From a bacterium (GTDB lineage: Bacteria > Hinthialibacterota > Hinthialibacteria > Hinthialibacterales > Hinthialibacteraceae): a stretch of DNA of 20,392 nt. Positions 7,954 to 15,796 of this stretch are shown piece after piece. Where the stretch lies: contig JBHGBC010000108.1 of the NCBI GenBank assembly GCA_041946805.1, positions 1 through 20,392 on the forward strand, in the 5' to 3' direction. Each line of letters begins with the position of its first letter. Within the stretch, counting starts at the first letter, position 1. Under the pieces are notes generated by a model. That model ran no database searches and was not told the origin of the DNA. It worked only from the letters and a program-made list of their open reading frames with translations. A program made the translations under genes and the position numbers.

Positions 7954-9216
7954 CTACTCGCGCGCCAGCCGGTTCTCGAACCACACCGGGCCGCCCCATT
8001 TGCCGGTGACGACGATGTCCAAATCGCCGTCGCCGTCGAGATCCACCAGGGGAATATTCATTCCGGAGCCTATGCCTTCGTTATACGAAACGGCATGCTT
8101 GGTCCAGACGGGTTGCGGCCCCCGGAGCAATTGGTAGTAATACACGCCGAGCGGCTCGTATTCCCCCGGATCGCCGCCGTTGTGAGCCATGAACCGCTTG
8201 CCGGACACCAGTTCCGGCGCGCCGTCGCCGTCCAGGTCGCCCAGCGCCAGGCTATGGGCCTGGCTCCAGGTATCGTCGATGACGTGCTGCCGGAAGCGGA
8301 TGGCCCCGCCCTCCCGGATTTGCTCATACCAGAAGACGCCATACGCGTGGGCGGAACTGCAAAGGATGTCGTTGAGGTGGTCTCCATTGACGTCGTACAC
8401 CAGTATTTGGGCGGTGTGATCGGCCTTACCCTCCAGCTGGTGTCCGAGCGCGAGGGGGTGCTCGATCCACGCTCCGTTGCGGGGATCGGCCGGGGCTTCG
8501 AACCACGCGTCGGGGCGCAGGAGATCCGGCCGGCCGTCGCCGTTGACATCGCCCACGCCCACGCCCCAGTTCATTTCCTTCGCGGAGACCACATGCTTGG
8601 TGAATGTACGTTTGCCATCCGTTCCAGCCACCACTTCGTACCAAACTGTTTGCAGCACGGTGGGCACGATCGCGCCGGCCCGGCCCCGGCCCTCGAGGTC
8701 CGCCAGCTCGGCGTGCTCGAAATTGCCGTTTTCCTCGATCACGGCCGGCGGCCATTCTTCACCCGGCACGCCGGGGTTGCGCAGCCAGATGGAACGCTTG
8801 TCGAACCAATCCACGCTGACCACATCCAGCCGCCCGTCGCCGTCCACATCAAAGGGAATATTGGCAAAATCCCAGTAGTACCCCTTCCCGCTATTATCCA
8901 CGCTGCCCTTGAGTTGGTGAACCCGGCGGGCTTTCCAATCCGGCGCACGATAGAGGTACTCCCCGGCGAAGATGTCGATCTTCCCGTCGTTGTCGAAGTC
9001 GGCCGCGCAGCAGGCTTCACCCCGGAACTGGCCCACGCGGTGCATGACGAAAGCACCAGACGTAACCGCCGGCTTGGCCGGCGGCGCCTCTTCCGCGCGG
9101 ATTTCCTGAATCCCGGGGAGGGAGCCTATCGATCCAAATAAAATCATAATCGCGCTTGCCATCCGCCACCCGGATTGGATTCCGGAGTACGCTTGTGCCG
9201 CCTGAGTGTTCCGCAT
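7954..9216 (-). CDS. Secreted FG-GAP/VCBS repeat (Ca-binding beta-propeller) protein
   Basis: Repeated DxDxDG motifs: DFDNDGKIDI, DVDGDGRLDVV, DVNGDGRPDLL, DVNGDHLNDIL, DLDGDGAPELV, DLDGDGDLDIV. Ends PVWFEN. Hydrophobic N-terminal segment. AAAGGA upstream of ATG at 9216. Confidence 0.88.
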   Translation of the reverse strand: MRNTQAAQAYSGIQSGWRMASAIMILFGSIGSLPGIQEIRAEEAPPAKPAVTSGAFVMHRVGQFRGEACCAADFDNDGKIDIFAGEYLYRAPDWKARRVHQLKGSVDNSGKGYYWDFANIPFDVDGDGRLDVVSVDWFDKRSIWLRNPGVPGEEWPPAVIEENGNFEHAELADLEGRGRAGAIVPTVLQTVWYEVVAGTDGKRTFTKHVVSAKEMNWGVGVGDVNGDGRPDLLRPDAWFEAPADPRNGAWIEHPLALGHQLEGKADHTAQILVYDVNGDHLNDILCSSAHAYGVFWYEQIREGGAIRFRQHVIDDTWSQAHSLALGDLDGDGAPELVSGKRFMAHNGGDPGEYEPLGVYYYQLLRGPQPVWTKHAVSYNEGIGSGMNIPLVDLDGDGDLDIVVTGKWGGPVWFENRLARE

Positions 9217-9442
9217 GGCAGTGTGTCCTTTGCCGTCTTGAAATGGATTGTACCGCGCGGAAGGGAGGAGAGAGTCGCGCGGCCCGCTCTTCCCATCCCG
9301 CCTTCGCCTCTCACCATAAAAAATCCTCCCGCGGCTGTCCACCTCTCCCGGAAATGTGATAGCATATTTTATTCCTGATGGAGTTTCATGCCGCGCGCGG
9401 GCCCGCGCGGTTCAGGATCATCCGCTCCGGGGAGTCAAAGCG

Positions 9443-10027
9443 ATGAAACAACGATCCTCCTGCCCTCCCGCCTTCACCCTGATCGAGTTATTGATTGTCG
9501 TGGCGATCATCGGCATTCTCGCGGCGATCGCGGTCCCCAACTTCCTGCAGGCCCAGATCCGGGCCAAACTGAGCCGGGTGGTGGCCGATTTCAACATGTT
9601 GCGCACCGGTTTGGAATCGTACTGCATCGACCACAACGCCTATCCCAACTGGACCGTGGATGGAAAAGGCGACAACGGCTATCACCCCCTGGAGCTCCGG
9701 TATATCAAGTTGACCACCCCCGTGGCGTATATCTCCACGATTCCGCGGGATCCCTTTTCGTCCTTCGCCAACCAGGCCGACTGGGTTTTATACGGCTACA
9801 CCTACGATTACGTGACCGACGAGGGGACGGGAACGGGCCGGACCTATGGGCACCGCTGGAAGATCACCAGCTGGGGCCCGGATCAGATCAATTCGTGGTT
9901 CAACATCTACCCGGATGATTTTTATCACATATCCAACGGCCTGGTCAGCCACGGCGACGTCGGCGTCTTCGGTCCGAAAAGCGAACGGCCGACCAACATC
10001 TACCGCCCCGCCCTGCCGCATTTTTGA
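9443..10027 (+). CDS. Prepilin-type N-terminal cleavage/methylation domain protein (GspG/pilin-like)
   Basis: A|FTLIELLIVVAIIGILAAIAVPNFLQAQIRAK class III signal. GGAG RBS at 9431-9434. Later motifs LTTPVAYIS, PRDPF, SWGPD, SNGLVSHGD. Confidence 0.9.
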   Translation: MKQRSSCPPAFTLIELLIVVAIIGILAAIAVPNFLQAQIRAKLSRVVADFNMLRTGLESYCIDHNAYPNWTVDGKGDNGYHPLELRYIKLTTPVAYISTIPRDPFSSFANQADWVLYGYTYDYVTDEGTGTGRTYGHRWKITSWGPDQINSWFNIYPDDFYHISNGLVSHGDVGVFGPKSERPTNIYRPALPHF

Positions 10028-10210
10028 TGAATCCCGGAGAGTGCCCAGCAGCTGGTTTGACCGTGGCGGAACAATCACAAGGCCCAACCTTTTCGCGGCA
10101 ACATCCCTCTCCAAATCCGGTATCATTCCGGTAGGATTTTTGACGAGGAAGAACCGCCCCACAGACCAAATCGGATATGACTTTGGGCGGCCCTCCGGCC
10201 TCCCCTGCTT

Positions 10211-10388
10211 AATTCCCTCACTCTGATCCTCTCCCAGAGGGAACAGAACGGCAATAAGTCTCCTCCTGGTGGTGCAGACATCTTGTCTGCGCAAAATATG
10301 GTAGCAGGCAGGATGCCTGCACCACAATATACAGAACATATCAGTTGCATTTTCACTTTTTGCCGGATCGTCAGAGGGAGAGGGAATT
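10211..10388 (+). repeat. Family B palindromic element split by a ~130-bp insertion (MITE-like composite)
   Basis: AATTCCCTCACTCTGATCCTCTCC-CAGAGGGA (10235-10242) ... CAGAGGGA (10372-10379)-GAGGGAATT. Ends AATTCCCTC/GAGGGAATT are a perfect 9-bp inverted repeat. Confidence 0.5.
10269..10325. repeat. Inverted doublet of family C elements (REPIN-like)
   Basis: GTGGTGCAGACATCTTGTCTGC (10269-10290) and GCAGGCAGGATGCCTGCACCAC (10304-10325) are inverted copies (19/22), each with a perfect 7-bp hairpin. Confidence 0.8.
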
Positions 10389-10407
10389 GCGTTTGGCGGA
10401 TCGGGTT

Positions 10408-10438
10408 GATGGATTACGCGCTGCGCGCTACGCCATCC
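10408..10438 (+). repeat. Family A REP-like element
   Basis: GATGGATTACGCGCTGCGCGCTACGCCATCC; homologous to 3775-3807 and 6099-6129. Confidence 0.75.
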
Positions 10439-10555
10439 GGCCTTCTTCCCTTCTCCGCCGGCTCCAGTCCTCCGGTGAAATCCACCCATCCGCTCGACAT
10501 ACCCCGCGGATTTGAATAGGATGACGCAAAGTCACCGGACTTTGGAGATACAACG

Positions 10556-12016
10556 ATGGCGATAACCATCCACCATGTAGATATGCACGTCCTCAATATG
10601 CGGACGCGTATGCCGTTCAAGTACGGGATCGCGGCGTTGAAGGCCCTGCCGCACTTGTTCGTGCGGGTCCAGGCGGAGATCGGCGGGCGTGTGACTTCCG
10701 GGATCGCGGCGGATGGGCTGCCCCCCAAATGGTTCACCAAGAATCCCGAGACCGATTTCAAACACGACCTGGACGAGATGTTCGCGGTCATTCGCCAGGC
10801 GGCCCGATTCGCCCAACAAGCCGAGGGTATGCCGACTGTTTTCGAATGGTGGAAAGAAGTCTATACGCTGCAAAGCGAATGGGCGGAAAACACGGCCTAT
10901 CCCCCACTGCTGTGGGGATTCGGCGTGAGCCTCGTGGAGCGGGCGGTGATGGACGCCTACAGCCGCGCCACGGGCGTTGCCTTCCCCGAATCCGTCCGGA
11001 ATAACCATTTCGGATTGCAACTCGATTTCTTCCATCCCGAACTGGCGGGGCGCGAACCGGCGGAGTTCTTGCCCGAGCGGCCGCTGGACACTGTGATCGC
11101 GCGGCATACCGTGGGTCTGGCGGATCCGCTGGACTCCCAGGAGCTCCCGGAAGACGAGGCGGTCGAGGACGGCCTGCCGCAAGCGCTGGACGTGTGCGTG
11201 AAAACCTACAGCCTGACCCACTTCAAGATCAAGCTCGCCGGCCATCCGGCCCGGGACGTGGAACGGCTCCTGGATATCGCCGAGGTGTTGGAAAGATTGG
11301 GCATCCGGGAGTTCGCCTTCACCCTCGACGGCAACGAGCAGTTCCGGAACGTCGATTCGTTCAAGGAAACATGGTATCTGCTGTGCGCGGAAGCCGGACT
11401 GCGGGAATTTATGCAACACGCGCTGTTTGTCGAACAGCCGCTGCGCCGGGACATGGCGTTGTCGGACAAGGCGGCGCGGGATCTGAAGGCATGGAAAGAC
11501 CGCCCGCCGATCCTGATCGATGAATCGGATGGGGAAATCGAAAGCCTGCCGCTGGCGATCGATTCCGGTTACGCGGGAAGCAGCTATAAAAGCTGCAAGG
11601 GAGTGTTCAAGGGGATCGCCAACGCCTGCCTGATCGAGCACCGGCGGCGGCGGAATCCCGGTGGGGAGTACATCCTCAGCGGCGAGGACCTGGCCATCGT
11701 GGGGCCGGTGTCGCTGACGCAGGATCTGGCCGCCATGGCCGCGCTGGGAATCGGGCATGTGGAACGCAACGGGCATCACTATTTCGCGGGATTGAGTATG
11801 TATCCCCCGGAAATACAGGTGCGGGTGCTGGCCGCGCATCCGGATTTGTACACGCGGCACCTGCGGGGATTCCCCACGCTGCGCATCGAAAAAGGACGGC
11901 TGCGGCTGGACAGCGTTCTGCGCGCGCCCTTCGGCTACGGTTTCGATTTCGATCCGGGAATCTTCACCCCCCTGCCGGAGTGGTCCTACGCCAGCCTGAG
12001 CCGCGGAGAGCCGTAG
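10556..12016 (+). CDS. Uncharacterised enolase-superfamily (mandelate racemase/MLE-like) enzyme
   Basis: 486 aa. KxK motif (HFKIKL), candidate metal ligands LDGNEQ, VEQP and IDESD, plus YKSCKG, GEDL, HVERNGHHY. GGAG RBS before ATG. Confidence 0.8.
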   Translation: MAITIHHVDMHVLNMRTRMPFKYGIAALKALPHLFVRVQAEIGGRVTSGIAADGLPPKWFTKNPETDFKHDLDEMFAVIRQAARFAQQAEGMPTVFEWWKEVYTLQSEWAENTAYPPLLWGFGVSLVERAVMDAYSRATGVAFPESVRNNHFGLQLDFFHPELAGREPAEFLPERPLDTVIARHTVGLADPLDSQELPEDEAVEDGLPQALDVCVKTYSLTHFKIKLAGHPARDVERLLDIAEVLERLGIREFAFTLDGNEQFRNVDSFKETWYLLCAEAGLREFMQHALFVEQPLRRDMALSDKAARDLKAWKDRPPILIDESDGEIESLPLAIDSGYAGSSYKSCKGVFKGIANACLIEHRRRRNPGGEYILSGEDLAIVGPVSLTQDLAAMAALGIGHVERNGHHYFAGLSMYPPEIQVRVLAAHPDLYTRHLRGFPTLRIEKGRLRLDSVLRAPFGYGFDFDPGIFTPLPEWSYASLSRGEP

Positions 12017-12022
12017 GCGATT

Positions 12023-12044
12023 GCAGGCCAGATGCCTGCTCCAC
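12023..12044 (+). repeat. Family C palindromic element
   Basis: GCAGGCCAGATGCCTGCTCCAC, 6 nt after the stop codon of 10556-12016, between convergent genes. Confidence 0.7.
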
Positions 12045-12088
12045 CAAGGTTTCCTCACCCCCATTTAGCTTCATTGAAACCTTCTGTT

Positions 12089-12865
12089 TTATTTCATCCC
12101 GTTCATCACCTGGACAATCTCGCCCAATATGCTGACCGCCACTTCGGGGGGGGTGTGCGCGCCGATGTCGATCCCAATGGGCGCATGAATCCGCGCCAGT
12201 TTTTCCTGGGGCACGCCCTGGTCCGCCAGATCATCCATCACGCGCAGGCATTTCATCTCGCTGCCGATCATGCCGATGTATTTCGCCGGCGTCTCCACCG
12301 CCGCCTTCACCAGCAGTTCGTCCAGCGTGTACTTGTACGTCATGATGGCGATGTAATCCTGCGACGACGGTTGCAGCGCCGTCATCGCCTCTTCAAACGG
12401 CCCGCAGACCGTCTTGACAGCTTCGGGAAAACGTTCCGGCTGGGCATACTCTTCCCGGTCATCATAGACCACGATCTGCAGCGGCAACTCGGCCGCCATG
12501 CGTGAGAGGGTCTGGCCCACGTGCCCCCCGCCCAGGATGATCAGCCGCGGCTGGGCGCCGATCTTCTCGATGAACACCAGCATCTCCCCCCCGCACACTC
12601 CCCCCACGCTGTGGGGCTGGTTCTCGCGCAGTTCGATCGGGGTTAACCGGCTTTCACCCGACTCCATCACCTCCCGCGCTTCCTCGATGATCCGCTTCTC
12701 CAGCGCGCCGCCGCCCACCGTGCCCTCGATCGAGCCGTCCGGGTAAACGATCATCCGCGCCCCGGGCTTTTGCGGGGTGGATCCCGCCGACCGCACCACG
12801 GTGCACAGCGCCGCCGCCCGCCCTTCCTCATACAATTCCTGCACACGCCGAAAAATGGATTTCAC
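12089..12865 (-). CDS. xdhC: XdhC/CoxF-family molybdenum hydroxylase accessory (Moco chaperone) protein
   Basis: GSTPQKPGARMIV, GTVGGGALE, GGVCGGEM, LIILGGGHVG, YIGMIGS, IHAPIGIDIGAHTPPEVAVSILGEI. GTG start with GGAGGAG RBS. Confidence 0.92.
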   Translation of the reverse strand: MKSIFRRVQELYEEGRAAALCTVVRSAGSTPQKPGARMIVYPDGSIEGTVGGGALEKRIIEEAREVMESGESRLTPIELRENQPHSVGGVCGGEMLVFIEKIGAQPRLIILGGGHVGQTLSRMAAELPLQIVVYDDREEYAQPERFPEAVKTVCGPFEEAMTALQPSSQDYIAIMTYKYTLDELLVKAAVETPAKYIGMIGSEMKCLRVMDDLADQGVPQEKLARIHAPIGIDIGAHTPPEVAVSILGEIVQVMNGMK

Positions 12866-12883
12866 GCCGGATCTCCTCCCTTT

Positions 12884-13516
12884 TCATTCCGGATAATTCA
12901 TCCCTCTCAACAAGTCACCGTACCGTTCCTCGAATCCCGCCAAATCATCCGGGGTATTCAGATTGCTCAAGATCAAATCCGTGTCCACCGCCACGTGCCG
13001 CACCGCGTCGGAATGCCGCGTGTACAGGTCCCGCAGCGGCTGGCTGCCTTCCAAGGAAAGAATCTCTTTGAAATACAACGAACCGATCAGCGGCGGATGC
13101 CCCCGGCGGAATTCGTGGGTGGGAATGCAAATCCCCGCGCGGCCCGGGAAGGCCTCCAGCAGTTGATCGAGGACGGATTGGGGAATCACGGGGCAATCCA
13201 CCGGCCAGATCATCACGCCGTCCAATTCCTCCGCCAGGGCGCGCAGACCGGCCTGCACGCTGGTGGTCCGCCCCCGCTCATACTCCGTGTTGATCACATA
13301 CGGAAAATTCAACCGAACCTGTTCCCGTATTTCTTCGTGCCGGTGCCCCAACACGATCATCGGTTTCACATCCGCCCGGCTCAGGAAGGGATGCATCAGG
13401 ATGTGCTCCAGCAGTGTCTTCCTCCCTACCCTCGCCAGGGGCTTGGGATACCCCATGCGTTCCGAAAATCCCGCCGCCAGCACCAGCACCCCCGTTTCAA
13501 AGACTCCCCGCGTCAT
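12884..13516 (-). CDS. mocA: Molybdenum cofactor cytidylyltransferase-like nucleotidyltransferase (MocA/YgfJ; NTP_transf_3)
   Basis: VLAAGFSERMGYPKPL, YERGRTTSVQAG, WPVDCP, GHPPL, NLNTPDD. Adjacent to xdhC. ATG 13516 follows GAGGTG; GTG 13522 is an alternative. Confidence 0.82.
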   Translation of the reverse strand: MTRGVFETGVLVLAAGFSERMGYPKPLARVGRKTLLEHILMHPFLSRADVKPMIVLGHRHEEIREQVRLNFPYVINTEYERGRTTSVQAGLRALAEELDGVMIWPVDCPVIPQSVLDQLLEAFPGRAGICIPTHEFRRGHPPLIGSLYFKEILSLEGSQPLRDLYTRHSDAVRHVAVDTDLILSNLNTPDDLAGFEERYGDLLRGMNYPE

Positions 13517-13531
13517 TCCCACCTCACCTTT

Positions 13532-15025
13532 CTATCGAATCCCTTTCCGGATTTCCGGATGTTCTTCCTTGCGCGTCAGCCGCTCCAGCAGGTCCGCCAG
13601 TTGTTCGGGCGGCACATCCCGGCCGCTGATCCGTCCCAGCCGGTCGATCACCACGATCTCGGGAATCCGCCGCACTCCGTACTGCAGCGCAATGCCCGAA
13701 TTGGGATAGCCCTGGTCCCACAAAATGGGAAGTTGGATTCCGCTTTTCAGGACATACTTCCGGGGGAAGGTTTCCATGCTGTCCAGGTTGATCCCCACGT
13801 AATCCACGTCCTGCCCGGCGTTCGCCTTGCGGAACGTCTCCAGGTCCCACAAGGCCTGCTCGGACGGCCCCCACCAGAGCGCCCAGAACAACAGCACCAG
13901 CGGCCGTTCCCGCTCCGGCGGGATTCGCACCGGTTGATTCTGGATAGACTGCCCGGACACCGGTGGGGCGGAGGTCAAGCGCGTCACCTTTTGATAATTC
14001 TCGTTCAACCGCATCCGGTAGCGCGTGTGGGAGATCACGCTGCCCGCCGCGTCCCGCAAAAACGGGACCCGGGAGTTCTTCGAAAAAGCAATCATCTCCT
14101 GCAGGCTCTTTTCCACCTCTTCCGGCTTCATCCTCTCGATCTTCAAGGCCTGCAACGGATCCCGCAGGGTGAAATAGCGCGTGATTTCCTCCACCAGGGG
14201 ACGCATCACGTTTTGAGGATACAAGTTGGCCTGATCGAGTTTGTTGTCCACCAGCAGTTCGATCCCCAACGCGCCCATCGGGGTGTCCATTTGCATCTGG
14301 TAGGAGGACCGGGACGACATGGGCACCCGCCGGCGTTGATCATACCGCATTTCGTGTTCCTGGTATGATATCGTGATGGGCGGATCGGACGACTGGACCG
14401 GATTTTGCATCACCGCCCCATACTGGATAACCGGATCCCCGGCCGGCAGCCACCGGAAGGAGTATAGCCCCTGGAGGTCCTCCCCCGCGCCGATGTAAAT
14501 CGGCAGCCGCCGCGTGCTCCGGCTCTCCGTGGGCACGCCGCCGCCGGGCAGCGGGGGGATATGGATCATGGGCGTCCAGGCCGTGCCGAACTGCGGTTCT
14601 TCCCCTCGGTAGCCGTGAAATCCGCCATTATCATCCATCTGAAAGAGATACGCTTCCGGCGTTCCGAACGGATCCGGCAACTCTTCGCCGTCCATGATCC
14701 GTTTGGCCAGTTTCGAGACACCCATCACCTCCCAGGTTCCGGAAGCGGTTTCGTTCATCACCACGAACCGCGACTCGAAAACCCGGTTGCTCTGTTCCGA
14801 ATACGGTCCATTGATGGTCAAATCCATCGAAGCGGTGCAGAGCAATTCCAATCCAGGCTGCCACGCGTAACGGGCCGGGGCCGCGCTCACCGCCGCCTGC
14901 GGTTCGAGCCCTTCGGATTGCGCCGCGCCGGCCCGTGGCGCGCCCTCGGCAAAACTCAGAATCCAAATCGCATAAATCAACGCATGGAGAAGCCTTGCGA
15001 ATCTCCTCCACCTTGAATCAGCCAT
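13532..15025 (-). CDS. Exported/membrane-anchored protein with C-terminal TlpA/ResA-like thioredoxin fold lacking the catalytic cysteines
   Basis: Basic plus hydrophobic N-terminus. C-terminal LVLLFWALWWGPS..., YVGINLD, ILWD, YGVRRIPEIVVIDRLGRI match the TlpA pattern. Overlaps the GT2 stop by 8 nt. Confidence 0.8.
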   Translation of the reverse strand: MADSRWRRFARLLHALIYAIWILSFAEGAPRAGAAQSEGLEPQAAVSAAPARYAWQPGLELLCTASMDLTINGPYSEQSNRVFESRFVVMNETASGTWEVMGVSKLAKRIMDGEELPDPFGTPEAYLFQMDDNGGFHGYRGEEPQFGTAWTPMIHIPPLPGGGVPTESRSTRRLPIYIGAGEDLQGLYSFRWLPAGDPVIQYGAVMQNPVQSSDPPITISYQEHEMRYDQRRRVPMSSRSSYQMQMDTPMGALGIELLVDNKLDQANLYPQNVMRPLVEEITRYFTLRDPLQALKIERMKPEEVEKSLQEMIAFSKNSRVPFLRDAAGSVISHTRYRMRLNENYQKVTRLTSAPPVSGQSIQNQPVRIPPERERPLVLLFWALWWGPSEQALWDLETFRKANAGQDVDYVGINLDSMETFPRKYVLKSGIQLPILWDQGYPNSGIALQYGVRRIPEIVVIDRLGRISGRDVPPEQLADLLERLTRKEEHPEIRKGIR

Positions 15026-15725
15026 GGACGCCTCTCCGTATCTTCCCCTGTCTCAGCCACAAGCGGAAAATAGTCCATAAAATGGCCTTTCCCGCGCGCC
15101 AGCTGCCGGTCCAGGTCCCCGAGATTTTGGATTGTCCCGTCCGCCTCCGGTAATCGACGGGGATCTCGCGGCACCGCAATCCCAGGATAGCGGCTTTGGC
15201 CTGCATTTCAACAGTCCAGCCATACCCCCGGTCTTCCATGCGCAACGCTTCCAACGCCTCACGCCGGACCGCCCGGAACGGCCCCAGGTCCGTGAACCGT
15301 ACCCCGAATATCATCTGGATCAATCCACAAGCCAGCCGGTTCCCCCATACGGCATGCGGCGGCAACGCACCGGGCTCCCGCTTCCCGCGCGTACGCGATC
15401 CGATCACCAGGTCCACTCCTTCCCGCGTCAGCGGTTCCACCAGCCCGGCCAGCTGCCGGGGATCGTCACTGCCATCCCCGTCGAGAAACACCAGGATGTC
15501 CGCGTCCCCGGCTTCCGCAATTCCCCGCCGGCACGAGCTGCCATAGCCCCGGACTTTCTCTTCCACTACACACGCGCCCGCCTCTCGCGCCTCCTCGGCC
15601 GTCCGGTCGGTCGAGCCGTTGTCCACCACGATGACGCGCTCCACCGTTTCCCGCGGAACCGCCCGGACCACCTGGGCGATGGAGGCTTCCTCATTGTACG
15701 CCGGGATGATGACTACGGCCTTCAT
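15018..15725 (-). CDS. Glycosyltransferase family 2 (DPM1-like)
   Basis: VIIPAYNEE, VVDNGSTD, GYGSSCRRG, FLDGDGSD, LVIGSR, FTDLGPFRA, YGWTVEMQ, GQSKISGT. Confidence 0.93.
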   Translation of the reverse strand: MKAVVIIPAYNEEASIAQVVRAVPRETVERVIVVDNGSTDRTAEEAREAGACVVEEKVRGYGSSCRRGIAEAGDADILVFLDGDGSDDPRQLAGLVEPLTREGVDLVIGSRTRGKREPGALPPHAVWGNRLACGLIQMIFGVRFTDLGPFRAVRREALEALRMEDRGYGWTVEMQAKAAILGLRCREIPVDYRRRTGQSKISGTWTGSWRAGKAILWTIFRLWLRQGKIRRGVHG

Positions 15726-15735
15726 GATTCCTCAT

Positions 15736-15768
15736 AGAATAGAACGGGGTGGCGTTGCCGCCACCCCG
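15736..15768 (-). terminator. Intrinsic terminator downstream of the PT-rich protein gene
   Basis: Minus strand CGGGGTGGCG-GCAA-CGCCACCCCG-TTCTATTCT: perfect 10-bp stem, GNRA loop, interrupted U tract. Confidence 0.72.
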
Positions 15769-15796
15769 GATATACGGCTATTCCCCGTGAAACCGC

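Noticed and set aside
8095..9141. 348-aa plus-strand ORF
   Set aside because: Antisense to the FG-GAP repeat gene; no recognisable motifs.
10532..12064. 510-aa minus-strand ORF
   Set aside because: Antisense shadow of the enolase-superfamily gene, typical of high-GC codon bias.
13871..13873. Selenocysteine at the thioredoxin active site / selenium-dependent Mo hydroxylase system
   Set aside because: The codon is TGG, not TGA, and no selD, yqeB or yqeC-like genes are present in the window.
12770..14368. 532-aa plus-strand ORF
   Set aside because: Overlaps three credible minus-strand genes and has an atypical His/Arg/Gln-rich composition.
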